DNA of 64,000 nt. Origin: Leptospira sp. (GTDB lineage Bacteria > Spirochaetota > Leptospiria > Leptospirales > Leptospiraceae). A model generated the notes under the pieces. It had not been told where the DNA came from. It made no database searches and saw only the letters and a program-made list of their open reading frames with translations. The stretch lies in contig JAWXAQ010000035.1 of assembly GCA_034439575.1 (NCBI GenBank), positions 130,742 through 194,741 on the forward strand, in the 5' to 3' direction. Positions 20,663 to 30,959 of the stretch are shown piece after piece. The translations under genes were made by a program, and so were the position numbers. Within the stretch, counting starts at the first letter, position 1, and every line of letters starts with the position of its first letter.

Positions 20663-21874
20663 ATGTCATTTTTTCAAATGGTTACCTTCCCAGCAAACTC
20701 CTACATCATTGTAGAAGGGAAGAAAGATGCGAACAATTTCTATATTATACGAGAAGGTAAAGTACGTGTAACCCGTGAAACTGCTGTAGTCGGAGAAGAT
20801 CCGAATCAGGTTCTTGGACCAGGAGACTTTTTTGGTGTAGTGGCTGCAATGAGCCAACACGCACAAATCGAATCCGCTACTTCCTTAACAAATGTTTCTC
20901 TCATTTCCGTTAGTTACGACCAATTCGGAACTTTAATCCAAAAATCAACTGCGGTTGCGATGAACATCATTCGTTTCTTCTCTATGAAGTTACGTCAGTT
21001 CGATACGACCATCACTCGCTTATCTTTTCGTAATGCGGTGGAAGAAGATCCGAACGAATTGTTCAAAATTGGTGAATATTATTTCCAACAACAAAACAAT
21101 TCACATGCTACATTCGCGTATCAAAGTTATTTAAAACATCTCCCAAGCGGACAATTTGTACCCCAAGCAAAGTTAAGATTACAAACGATCAACCAACCTT
21201 TCCAGGGACCTGTGATCGATTATACAAAATTCAATAGAAATTATAAAGACAATGAAATGATCTTTTGTGAGCACGAGCCTGGTAAGGAATTGTTCATTCT
21301 CCAAGGTGGAAAGGTCAAGATTTCTAAAATAGTAAATCAGAATGAAGTAATGTTGGCTGTTCTCCAAGCTGGCGACATTTTTGGGGAGATGGCGATCCTA
21401 GATAATAAACCTAGATCGGCCTCCGCCATTGCTTCTGGAGAAGTAGAACTTCTTGCTATCAACAAAGCAAACTTTGAAGGAATGGTCAAGGCTCAGCCGC
21501 AACTTGCGACTAGACTCATTACCCTACTTTCAGAAAGAATCTGGACTGCTTACAAACAACTTGCCAATTTATTGTTAAAAGATGCGCAAGCTAGGATCGT
21601 AGATACACTTCTAACTTTGAGCGAAAAAAACAGAGTTAAAATTGCACCTAAACAAGCATATAATTTTGAAATCGGTTCCAAAGACTTACTCAAAATGGTG
21701 GGTTTGACGGATCCCAAAGACGAATTGTTAATAGCTGATTTAATGAAACAAAATAAATTCATTCGTTTAGATATGGGTAAAATCGTTTGTTCCGATATGG
21801 CAGAATTAGAGAAACTAGTCCAGTTTTATCATAAAAAAGCCAGCATGGAAAATAAACTTAAGAAGTTGAAATAA
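20663..21874 (+). CDS. Crp/Fnr-like protein with two cNMP-binding domains separated by a TPR-like segment
   Basis: Domain 1 FYIIREGKVRV...GDFFG; domain 2 GDIFGEMAILDNKPRSASA. Confidence 0.88.
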   Translation: MSFFQMVTFPANSYIIVEGKKDANNFYIIREGKVRVTRETAVVGEDPNQVLGPGDFFGVVAAMSQHAQIESATSLTNVSLISVSYDQFGTLIQKSTAVAMNIIRFFSMKLRQFDTTITRLSFRNAVEEDPNELFKIGEYYFQQQNNSHATFAYQSYLKHLPSGQFVPQAKLRLQTINQPFQGPVIDYTKFNRNYKDNEMIFCEHEPGKELFILQGGKVKISKIVNQNEVMLAVLQAGDIFGEMAILDNKPRSASAIASGEVELLAINKANFEGMVKAQPQLATRLITLLSERIWTAYKQLANLLLKDAQARIVDTLLTLSEKNRVKIAPKQAYNFEIGSKDLLKMVGLTDPKDELLIADLMKQNKFIRLDMGKIVCSDMAELEKLVQFYHKKASMENKLKKLK

Positions 21875-21924
21875 TTTCTTGTTGCGTTTTTACACATTCC
21901 GATCGTCTATTTATTGGAATCACA

Positions 21925-22230
21925 ATGAACGAAAAAATACAAATCGAAGAAAAAGGAAATACGATTCATATTAAATTTATGGATCAAATCCTAGATGGGA
22001 ATTCTACAGAATTAAAAGAAATTCTCAGCAACACATTAGAAAAGTCAGTTTCAGAAGTTTATCTTGATTTGGAGAAAGTTGTGATCGTAAGTTCCCTTGG
22101 AATTTCGAGACTTCTCTCTTTTAAAAACAAAGCAGATGAAAAGAAGATGGTGGTAAAGATTATCAACATCCAAGAAAAATTGAAAGAAACTCTTAAAAAA
22201 CTTATGTTGGATCAATTTTTCGGATTATAA
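21925..22230 (+). CDS. STAS domain / anti-sigma factor antagonist
   Basis: 101 aa; LDLEKVVIVSSLGI corresponds to the phosphorylatable Ser motif. Confidence 0.85.
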   Translation: MNEKIQIEEKGNTIHIKFMDQILDGNSTELKEILSNTLEKSVSEVYLDLEKVVIVSSLGISRLLSFKNKADEKKMVVKIINIQEKLKETLKKLMLDQFFGL

Positions 22231-22313
22231 AGATCGGACGCTTTCAAAAATTTCTCAATTGGTTTAAACTCAATCATTTAACCGAGGGATTAAATGATAG
22301 CGAAGCTCGAGCG

Positions 22314-23579
22314 GTGAGGATCACTGCTTCGTTCCAAGCGATTATGATCATGATTCCGACGTTTCTTCTGCCGGTAATTTTTATTACCGAACCCCCAGAG
22401 ACTCATCCGTATTCATTATTCTTTTATATAACGTCTGTAATACCATTAGCATATTCTAGATTTCTACTATATAAGAAAAAGTTTACTATAAGTGCAGTGA
22501 TCACTCTCCTGGCAGCAAATTACCATATTCTTGCATTATCATATTCGCAAGCCGATGATCCGGCACCTCTTGGATTCTTATTATTTGCTGTGATGCCATT
22601 TTTGATGATTTCAAGAAAAAATGTTATCGTTCGCTGGTTTTTTGTTAGTTTAGCTGGCTTTTTATTTTTAGGTTCTCAATATTATTATAGAGTCATGGGT
22701 GGTGCGGGCATATTCGGGCCGCCAAAATGGATAGTACCAGCGGATTATCTTATGCCACCATTAATACTGGTGGTTGGTTTTTTCATTCTTTTAATAAACC
22801 AATTTGTGAAAGCAGTAAATTCAGCAGAAGATAGGTTAAACGAAGAATATCAAAAATCAGAAAGTCTTTTGTTAAATATTTTGCCACTCGATGTTGCCAA
22901 AGAGTTAAAACAAAATGGGATTAGCAAACCGAGCCATTATCCTTCAGCTACTGTCTGTTTTACGGACTTTGAAGGTTTCACAAAAATTGCAGAAACCCTT
23001 TCACCAACAGAACTAGTTGAAGAGTTAGACCGCTGTTTCTCGTATTTTGATAGTTTGATGGAAAGACATAAATTAGAAAAACTTAAAACTATTGGTGATA
23101 GTTATATGTTTGTTGGTGGTATTCCAAAATCGAATACGACTCATGCTGTGGATTCTGTGATGGCCGCTCTCGAAATACAGGCCTTTATGAATCAAATGAA
23201 GGAAATCAAAGCCGCCCAAGCTCTGCCCTATTGGCAACTCCGGCTTGGCATTCATTCTGGGGAACTGATTGCGGGCGTCATTGGTGATAAAAAATTCGCT
23301 TATGATGTGTGGAGTGATACTGTAAATACTGCCAGTCGATGTGAATCATCAGGTATGACAGGAAAAATTAATATTTCTTCAACGACTTACGAATTGGTAA
23401 AAGATTTTTTCCAATGTGAATACAGAGGAGAGATTCCCGCAAAACACAAAGGAAACATCAGAATGTATTTTGTGGAAGGTCTCCTTCCCGAATTGCAACG
23501 GGAAGGTTTAGCCAATGTACCAAATCAAGAATTTGAAAATCGATATCTGAATCTTAGTAGAAAATTAGATCAAAAATAA
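22314..23579 (+). CDS. Membrane-bound class III adenylate/guanylate cyclase (true start may be upstream)
   Basis: Transmembrane N-half; SESLLLNILP, TDFEGFT, KLKTIGDSYM, YDVWSDTVNTASR. Confidence 0.92.
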   Translation: MRITASFQAIMIMIPTFLLPVIFITEPPETHPYSLFFYITSVIPLAYSRFLLYKKKFTISAVITLLAANYHILALSYSQADDPAPLGFLLFAVMPFLMISRKNVIVRWFFVSLAGFLFLGSQYYYRVMGGAGIFGPPKWIVPADYLMPPLILVVGFFILLINQFVKAVNSAEDRLNEEYQKSESLLLNILPLDVAKELKQNGISKPSHYPSATVCFTDFEGFTKIAETLSPTELVEELDRCFSYFDSLMERHKLEKLKTIGDSYMFVGGIPKSNTTHAVDSVMAALEIQAFMNQMKEIKAAQALPYWQLRLGIHSGELIAGVIGDKKFAYDVWSDTVNTASRCESSGMTGKINISSTTYELVKDFFQCEYRGEIPAKHKGNIRMYFVEGLLPELQREGLANVPNQEFENRYLNLSRKLDQK

Positions 23580-23588
23580 TCGAACTGA

Positions 23589-24605
23589 CTAAAAACCTTG
23601 GTCTTTTAAATCTGCTTCCGTCATAATCTTAACTAATTCCTTAAATTTAACCGTGGGCTCCCAACCTAACTGCTGTTTTGCTTTTACTGGATTGCCGATT
23701 AATAATTCTACTTCGGTCGGTCGGTAGTATTTTGGATCTATTTTGACGATCACTTTTCCCGTCTTTTTATCTTTTCCAATTTCTTTATCCCCAGATCCTT
23801 CCCATACAACTTCGTAACCAGCTATTTTAAAAGATTCTTCGATAAATTCTCTTACCGTATGTGTTTCGTTCGTTGCCACGACATAATCATCTGGTTTTTC
23901 TTTTTGCAACATCATCCACATCATTTGAACATAATCAGGTGCATAACCCCAGTCACGTTTTGAATCGATATTGCCCATAGTAATATGTGAAAGTTTGCCT
24001 GCTTTGACAGCAGCAACACCTAAAGTAATTTTTCTAGTTACAAAAGTTTCTCCACGTCTCGGAGATTCATGATTAAATAAAATACCATTTGAAGCATGTA
24101 AGCCATACGCCTCACGGTAGTTAACGACTGCCCAATATGCATACAATTTTGCTACCGCATAAGGAGAACGCGGATAAAAAGGGGTCTTTTCTGTTTGTGG
24201 GACTTCTTGCACCAAACCGTACAATTCGGAAGTGGAAGCTTGATAAAACCTAGAAGCTATGCCCGTTTGTTTGATGGCATCAAGGATACGCAGAGTACCT
24301 ACGGCGTCTACTTCGGCTGTGTATTCTGGAACTTCAAAGGAAACTTGTACATGGGACTGTGCCGCTAAATTATAAATTTCAAATGGTTGAATCTTTTCTA
24401 AAATACGGTTTAAGTTCGAAGAGTCAGTTAAATCCCCATAGTGCAGGATTAATTTTTTATTTTCATGTAAATGTTCGATGCGATTGCGATTGAAAAGACT
24501 TGTTCTACGAACGATACCATGAACTTCATATCCTTTCTCTAACAATAATTCTGCCAGATAGGAGCCGTCTTGGCCAGTAATGCCGGTAATTAGCGCTTTT
24601 TTCAT
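23589..24605 (-). CDS. gmd: GDP-mannose 4,6-dehydratase
   Basis: [47 protein letters not shown]. Confidence 0.97.
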   Translation of the reverse strand: MKKALITGITGQDGSYLAELLLEKGYEVHGIVRRTSLFNRNRIEHLHENKKLILHYGDLTDSSNLNRILEKIQPFEIYNLAAQSHVQVSFEVPEYTAEVDAVGTLRILDAIKQTGIASRFYQASTSELYGLVQEVPQTEKTPFYPRSPYAVAKLYAYWAVVNYREAYGLHASNGILFNHESPRRGETFVTRKITLGVAAVKAGKLSHITMGNIDSKRDWGYAPDYVQMMWMMLQKEKPDDYVVATNETHTVREFIEESFKIAGYEVVWEGSGDKEIGKDKKTGKVIVKIDPKYYRPTEVELLIGNPVKAKQQLGWEPTVKFKELVKIMTEADLKDQGF

Positions 24606-24742
24606 ATGACTATGAACAGACTCCATTTTTCCAATAATTAGAAAAGGAAAATTGATAGTCTGAAATCAGAAATTCGAACTAGGATATGGTTTTTAAGTAT
24701 GTGAAGCAATTATAAATTCAAAAATTTGGCTACATTACAATT

Positions 24743-25999
24743 ATGTTTCAATTCTTGCATTTTCGATTAATTTTTTATTTCTGCATATTCACCCTAGGAA
24801 CGGGAATCCTTTGGGCGCAATATTTGCCAAATGAAACGGATAAAAAAGATCCAATGCCTCTTCCAACGGTAACCAAATCAAATTTTGAAACAGGTCTCGG
24901 TAAAGGAATTCAAGCTACTTCCAATGATGAAAAACATAGAATTCAAATCCGTTTTCGGACGCAACCGCGCGCTACTCAATCTTTCAATTTTGATGAATCG
25001 AATGACACAAACAATTTCTTAATTAGACGGACTAGGATTGCCGTAAAGGGGGGGCTTTACAATGATGAATGGTTGTTCAATTTGCAATTTGGATTTGCAG
25101 ATAGTGATTTGGAGAACGATAGTAGAAATAACCTACGTGATGCGAATGTCACTTACAATAAGAATAGAGATTTAAAATTTTCTTTTGGACAAATGAAAAT
25201 TCCTTTTAGTAGACAAAGATGGAATTCTTCCTCCGCCTTACAGATGGTCGATCGTTCTTCCATTTCAGCTGAATTAAATCTGGATCGTGATGTTGGTGCC
25301 ATGTTTTATTCCGAAGATCTCTTTGGCCAAAAAAGAAAATTTGCTTATTATATTGGCGTGTTTGGTGGGAACGGAAGAAATCGAATAGATGTGAAAATGC
25401 CTGGCGTTCTCACAGTTGGTAGAATTATTTATTCCCCCTTTGGCGGAATGTCAAAAACTGGTTCCGACAATGATTGGTTAAGCGAATCTGATTTAAATCG
25501 ATACCAAGAACCAAAGATATCCTTCGGATTTTCTGGAGCCTATAACAAAAATTCAAATCGTGCTCTAAGCACACATGGAGCACTTTATGATTTTGCAAGA
25601 TTTGATTATTCACATGCAACTGCAGATATATACTTTAAATGGATGGGATTTTCCTTACAAACGGAAGCACTTTGGAGAAAAGCAAACTCTGGTTATATGG
25701 AAAGAGAAGTCAGCGGCACTTACAAACGTGAGTATTCCAGGAGCGGGCAAGGTTATTTTGTACAAATAGGGTATTTGTTTTCGAATAATTATGAACTGAT
25801 AACTAGATTTGGTGAATTCAAACCACTCGGTGAAACTGATCCGAACCTTATTTATTCCAGAGAGGTTGGCGGAGGATTATCTTATTATTTCGCAGAACAT
25901 AATTTAAAATGGCAAATTGATTATTTTCGTTATACGGGCATACCGCAAGGTCTTGATGGCGATCATGTTGTCAGAACACAAATGCAGGTGTTTTATTAA
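24743..25999 (+). CDS. Outer-membrane porin, OprO/OprP (phosphate-selective porin)-like
   Basis: Signal peptide; IRRTRI, LRDA, GQMKIPFS, DRDVG motifs; C-terminal beta-signal QMQVFY. Confidence 0.8.
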   Translation: MFQFLHFRLIFYFCIFTLGTGILWAQYLPNETDKKDPMPLPTVTKSNFETGLGKGIQATSNDEKHRIQIRFRTQPRATQSFNFDESNDTNNFLIRRTRIAVKGGLYNDEWLFNLQFGFADSDLENDSRNNLRDANVTYNKNRDLKFSFGQMKIPFSRQRWNSSSALQMVDRSSISAELNLDRDVGAMFYSEDLFGQKRKFAYYIGVFGGNGRNRIDVKMPGVLTVGRIIYSPFGGMSKTGSDNDWLSESDLNRYQEPKISFGFSGAYNKNSNRALSTHGALYDFARFDYSHATADIYFKWMGFSLQTEALWRKANSGYMEREVSGTYKREYSRSGQGYFVQIGYLFSNNYELITRFGEFKPLGETDPNLIYSREVGGGLSYYFAEHNLKWQIDYFRYTGIPQGLDGDHVVRTQMQVFY

Positions 26000-26000
26000 A

Positions 26001-26555
26001 ATGAAAAATATATCAATCAACCAACACAATTATTTCTATAAAAAATCTATATTTTTTCTTCTGGTAATGTTTTCATTTTCTTACTCTTGCCATGCGGATC
26101 GTCAAAAAAGCATAGATAAGAAGAAAGAAATTTGTCTAAACCAAGCAATGATTGCGTATCAAGCTGTAAACCAAAGTACGATTACAGGCACTCTTACATT
26201 ACAATACACTTGTTCGGCGACTTCCGGTTATTCACCATCTTGTTATGAATATTATGCAACGAATAAAAAAGATGATTTTTGTCCTATTGGATATTCAAAA
26301 TCCACTGCTAAATGTTCCAATCAAAATCTAATTGGCATTTGTAGATACGTTCCTCTTAATACAATCGGGCAATCTGTGACCGTTGTTTTCACAAAACCTA
26401 GTGATACTTTGGACCAAGGAAGATCATTTTGTTATTCCGCAGACATAAATGGATCCTTCACTGAATCTTATTTAGCTCCAAATGCTTCTGTTACTAGTGT
26501 TGACCAAACAATATTAAACTTTTTTGTTTGTGAAAACAAAGCTGAAAAAAATTGA
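26001..26555 (+). CDS. Cys-rich hypothetical lipoprotein
   Basis: ATG right after the porin stop; FSYSC lipobox; 8 further Cys. Confidence 0.65.
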   Translation: MKNISINQHNYFYKKSIFFLLVMFSFSYSCHADRQKSIDKKKEICLNQAMIAYQAVNQSTITGTLTLQYTCSATSGYSPSCYEYYATNKKDDFCPIGYSKSTAKCSNQNLIGICRYVPLNTIGQSVTVVFTKPSDTLDQGRSFCYSADINGSFTESYLAPNASVTSVDQTILNFFVCENKAEKN

Positions 26556-26604
26556 ATATTTGTTGAATTAATCATTAAAAATTTTTAATCCAACAAACTC
26601 TATC

Positions 26605-27915
26605 TTATAAAGAAAAAATATCTTCTATCACCTTAGCTGATTTAGGTGAGATAGGAAAAGGTCTACCAAATGAATTCATAAGGTGGGCATCATTGTCAAT
26701 TCCGGAAGCATTTTGAATCGTAGCGATTATATCTCTCATATGATATGCATTTGTTCCTTTTTTGGGTCTTTCGCCTTTTTCATCCGATTCACCAATTACA
26801 AAGCCTTTTCCGAAAGGACCACCACCTAATAATGATGTCCAAACTCTAGCATGATGATCCCGACCATCCCGAGTTCCAACATCTGGTGTTCTGCCAAATT
26901 CGGAACTTAAGAAAAATACAGTTTGTTTCAATAATCCAGTTTCAGCTAAATCTTCAATCAAAGCGGCAATGCCTTGGTCTGTATCATTCATAATTTTTGT
27001 TATTTGCGCTTTATTGTTGTTATGTGTGTCCCAACCGCCAATGGAAATTTGTATGAATGGAACTTCTTTTTCCGCAAGTCTCTTTGCCATTAAACATGAT
27101 TTCCCCTGCCAAGTTTTTCCATACTTATTCTTAGTTTCTTCTGATTCTTTATTTATATCAAAACTGACTAAGTCTGTGGAATTACGAAACTCTTCTGCGG
27201 CTTGCACCATTTTTGTCCAAAGTTTTAATTGAGGGGATTGGTTTCTTGCTCCAAATTCTTCATTCATCATTGCTAATATATCTTTTCTACGAACAAGTCT
27301 TTCCTCTTTAAATTTACCATAAGATGGTAACAAATGATTGATAGGATTGTCAAGGTTCCCTATATGAAATCCGGAATAGGGAACTCCCAAAAATCCAGAA
27401 TTTCCAATTTTACCATTTCTCGCACCCATTGTCACATAACTAGGGAAGTACGATTTATTTTGATTTTTCTTTTTGGAATAGGCAAATACGGATCCAAAAT
27501 GTGGAATATCTGGAAATCCCATTCCCTCTGGCATTCTATAACCAGTGTTCAATAAATATTGGCCAAATCCATGATCTCCATCTTCACTCCAAGTACTTCG
27601 TATCAAACCAATATGTTTTAATTGTTTTGCTGTTTTTGCAAATGGCTCAAGCAAGCTAACTCCCGATATACTGGAATCAACTTTAGAAAAAACACTATTC
27701 CCTTTTGGATCAAGGGTATCAACATGACTCATACCTCCATCCATATTAATAAATATTATGGATTTTACTGGAGAAGAATGAGTGAATTTTTCTTCTTCAT
27801 AATCGTCTTCAGCTGCCCCGAGATTTAGCGAGGGCAAAACAATACTTGCACCTAGAGCAGTCATACAACGGTTTAAAAATAATTTTCTATTTAGAGAATT
27901 GTTGTTAGTTGACAT
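26605..27915 (-). CDS. DUF1501 family protein with Tat-like signal
   Basis: NRKLFL leader; GGMSHVDTLDPK, GGWDTH, SEFGRTP, GRDHH motifs. Confidence 0.88.
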   Translation of the reverse strand: MSTNNNSLNRKLFLNRCMTALGASIVLPSLNLGAAEDDYEEEKFTHSSPVKSIIFINMDGGMSHVDTLDPKGNSVFSKVDSSISGVSLLEPFAKTAKQLKHIGLIRSTWSEDGDHGFGQYLLNTGYRMPEGMGFPDIPHFGSVFAYSKKKNQNKSYFPSYVTMGARNGKIGNSGFLGVPYSGFHIGNLDNPINHLLPSYGKFKEERLVRRKDILAMMNEEFGARNQSPQLKLWTKMVQAAEEFRNSTDLVSFDINKESEETKNKYGKTWQGKSCLMAKRLAEKEVPFIQISIGGWDTHNNNKAQITKIMNDTDQGIAALIEDLAETGLLKQTVFFLSSEFGRTPDVGTRDGRDHHARVWTSLLGGGPFGKGFVIGESDEKGERPKKGTNAYHMRDIIATIQNASGIDNDAHLMNSFGRPFPISPKSAKVIEDIFSL

Positions 27916-29758
27916 GTAAAAATTCCTGGCTATTTAAAATAGCCCAACATAAGTCTTGTAATATTTCCCGATCATAAACGCTGTCAGGTTTTATAAGTTT
28001 TTTTGCTAAATTTTCTGATTCTGATTTGTGCATATGCCTTCCAAGAAGGGTAAAATAAATATGATCCATAGTTTTTAACATCGATTTGGATTCTTCAAAT
28101 TTCTTTTTTGGAAAAGAATCATTCCCTCCAAAATCCCAAGTTAATTTTCCCGTGACACGACCATTTAACAGAGTTAAAACTTGTTCGATGGTAATTTCAG
28201 AAAAATCGTCTGATATATCTGTCCTACTTCCAGAACCAAACACGGCTAGGAAAGTATGGTAAGGGGCAGGGTGTTCTAATTCCGATGCCGATGTAACTTC
28301 TTTTATTTGATCTTTAGGTCCTCGAATGTTACCTATACCAATCAGATCTATATTCTTTAAATTTCCTGATGCATCGATAGGAATCATTCTTCTTTCTCTC
28401 ACTCCCGTCAAAGTAAGATTATTAGATGCCTTGATCAGAGAATTTAGAAGTTGATCAGGATCTAATCTTTGTGAGGTGAAATATTTTTTTTCATCTATTG
28501 GATTTTTATCTTTTGGGCCAGGATAGGAGCGTGCATAGGCATTGGAGCTCACTATATATAGTATCAAATCTTTGATTTTATAATTTTGTTTTACAAAAAT
28601 TTGATCTAAATGATTTAAAATTTCTTCTCCTTGCAGTGCGGTATCTTCATTCCAATCATCTAAAGGAGTAAAAAAACTCCAACCCATAAGATGTGTCCAA
28701 ATTCGATTGATGATCACTTTACGAAACCTATCATTTTTTTGATTTGTCAGCCAATCTGCAAGTGCTTGGCGTCTATCATCGCCTATCTTTAGTTTTGCGT
28801 CTTTACCATCCAAGAATTTTGGTCTAACCAAATCCCCTCCTGGTGCATCATCAGAATGTGGAAATCGTAAACCTAATTTTGGTTCGTAATAGACTGTGGC
28901 ATGCTCCAGTTCGTTTTTTTTCTGGTAGTCTTTTCTTTCGGTATCAGTCCATTGATTCCAATTTTCCTTGTGCCATTCCCCATTTTTAGCCTGTAAATTT
29001 TTTAAATCTGCTGTAGGTAAATGTTCTTCTATCTCCCTTGGAACATAAACTATATCAATGCCTTTAAATCGATCCGGATCCCAGGATCCATCTCTAACAT
29101 AAGTTTGACTAAAAAATGAAGCGAAAGCAAAATAATCACGCCTTGTGAAATTTGAAATGAATGGATGGTCATGGCATCTTGCACATCCTACCCGCTTAGC
29201 ATAAAATAGGCGACCTGCATATTCCGCAACTTGCAATGGATCTCCCCCATCACGTAAATAAAAACCAGTTGCAGGATTCTGAATCAGAGTTCCTTTTGCA
29301 TTTATCATTTCAGATACTAAAGTGTTGTAAGGTTTATTTTCATGTAAAGACTTCGCCAAATAAGTGTAAAATGCTCCTGTTTGGATTTTTCTGCCTTTTG
29401 TTTTATCACGCAACATGGAACTAAATTTGTTACCCCAATATTCTGCAAATCCAGAATCTTTAAGATAATTGATAGCATAATTGGTTAAACGTTTATCTTT
29501 ATCTTCTGTTTCAAAACTAAAAGATTCTTCAGGAGATGGGATCGTACCTTTTAAATGTAAGGCTAATCTTCGTAATACGACATTATCTTCCGCAACTTTA
29601 TAACCTGGTGCTAATTTTTTATACAAAACATCTAGTTGATGTTCATTTGTTCGGGCGAATAATGTAGATACAGCTATATAAATTGCACTTAGGAATGTGA
29701 CAAAAATTACAAAACTTCTAAACAAAAATGTTCGATTCAAACTTTGATTTGGAGACAT
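27905..29758 (-). CDS. DUF1549/DUF1553 (PSD1/PSCyt2-type) protein with c-type heme motif
   Basis: LRRLALHLKGTIPS, NKPYN, CARCHDHPF, RQALADWLT, NRIWTHLMG, DLCWAILNSQEF. Confidence 0.88.
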   Translation of the reverse strand: MSPNQSLNRTFLFRSFVIFVTFLSAIYIAVSTLFARTNEHQLDVLYKKLAPGYKVAEDNVVLRRLALHLKGTIPSPEESFSFETEDKDKRLTNYAINYLKDSGFAEYWGNKFSSMLRDKTKGRKIQTGAFYTYLAKSLHENKPYNTLVSEMINAKGTLIQNPATGFYLRDGGDPLQVAEYAGRLFYAKRVGCARCHDHPFISNFTRRDYFAFASFFSQTYVRDGSWDPDRFKGIDIVYVPREIEEHLPTADLKNLQAKNGEWHKENWNQWTDTERKDYQKKNELEHATVYYEPKLGLRFPHSDDAPGGDLVRPKFLDGKDAKLKIGDDRRQALADWLTNQKNDRFRKVIINRIWTHLMGWSFFTPLDDWNEDTALQGEEILNHLDQIFVKQNYKIKDLILYIVSSNAYARSYPGPKDKNPIDEKKYFTSQRLDPDQLLNSLIKASNNLTLTGVRERRMIPIDASGNLKNIDLIGIGNIRGPKDQIKEVTSASELEHPAPYHTFLAVFGSGSRTDISDDFSEITIEQVLTLLNGRVTGKLTWDFGGNDSFPKKKFEESKSMLKTMDHIYFTLLGRHMHKSESENLAKKLIKPDSVYDREILQDLCWAILNSQEFLHVN

Positions 29759-29838
29759 TATATGATTTTAACAACTAGCGATAAGAATTGAAATATTTTT
29801 CTTGCAAAACTAAAATTTTCTTAGATAAAACTCAAGCG

Positions 29839-30951
29839 ATGGCGGAAGAAAAAATTTATGAGATGCTATGGGACTGTGAGTTCTGTGCGACAAAAAAACT
29901 TTTAGGTAAAACTCATAGACATTGCCCAAATTGTGGAGCGACACAAGATCCAACACGACGGTATTTCCCTTCAGAGTCTGAAAAAGTTGCCGTTCAAGAT
30001 CACGAATACTTTGGAGCAGACAAGTCATGTCCGTTTTGCCAAACCGCAAATGGTGCCAAGGCGACTTTTTGTGGAAATTGCGGTGGGGCTCTAGATGGTG
30101 CAAAGGAAGTTTCACGGCGCAGTGATCAAATTGCTGGGTCAAACATTGACAGCGTTCAATCTGCAAAATTGGACTTCCAAGAGCAAAAAAATCCCGGATC
30201 TACGAGTCCTCCCGCAGAAGACCTTGCCTTCAAAGATTCAAATTTCATCAAACCCCACCCAAAAACACCGAAATGGGTCGTTTGGCTCTTAAGTTCGATT
30301 GGTGTTGGTACTGTCGGCTTTATTGGACTTGGGATATTTTGGACAGAGACTGTAAATTTAAAACTCACTCAACATGAATGGAATCGTAGCATTGATATCG
30401 AACAATTCAAACCGGTCTCGGACTCCGCTTGGTGTGATTCTATGCCTTCCGATGCATACCGTGTTAGTCGAAGATCTGAAGTCAGAAGTTATAACCAAGT
30501 AGCAGATGGGGAAGAATGTCACACTGTAAAGTCAGATCGAGGTGATGGGACGTATTCTGAAAGCGAAAGTTGTTCTACAAAATATAGAAGTGAGCCAGTT
30601 TATGACTCAAAATGTTATTATACGGTTGATAGATGGGCTTTCGAAAGAGCTAGTACTTCATCAGGATTTGGCATTGAAAAAGAACCGTATTGGCCTACCC
30701 CAAATTATAGAGAATGTACAGGATCAATCGGATGTGAACGATTAGGTGAAAAGAAAGAAAAATATATCGTTCATTTTGAAGAAGCCGACGGAGAGACGGC
30801 AGGCGAAAAACATGATTGTGAATTTGATCAATCTAGATGGAAACTTTATAAAAGTGATGAAGGTTACAAATCGGATAAAAGTGTGATCTTTAATTATATT
30901 TCATGTGATTCAATTAGAAATTTAGATGGCGAACCATCTAATTCAGAATAG
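29839..30951 (+). CDS. Zinc-ribbon membrane protein with Cys-rich extracytoplasmic domain
   Basis: Four CxxC pairs (CEFC, CPNC, CPFC, CGNC), one TM helix, 8 Cys in the C-terminal region; ATG 29839. Confidence 0.8.
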   Translation: MAEEKIYEMLWDCEFCATKKLLGKTHRHCPNCGATQDPTRRYFPSESEKVAVQDHEYFGADKSCPFCQTANGAKATFCGNCGGALDGAKEVSRRSDQIAGSNIDSVQSAKLDFQEQKNPGSTSPPAEDLAFKDSNFIKPHPKTPKWVVWLLSSIGVGTVGFIGLGIFWTETVNLKLTQHEWNRSIDIEQFKPVSDSAWCDSMPSDAYRVSRRSEVRSYNQVADGEECHTVKSDRGDGTYSESESCSTKYRSEPVYDSKCYYTVDRWAFERASTSSGFGIEKEPYWPTPNYRECTGSIGCERLGEKKEKYIVHFEEADGETAGEKHDCEFDQSRWKLYKSDEGYKSDKSVIFNYISCDSIRNLDGEPSNSE

Positions 30952-30959
30952 GAGATTTT

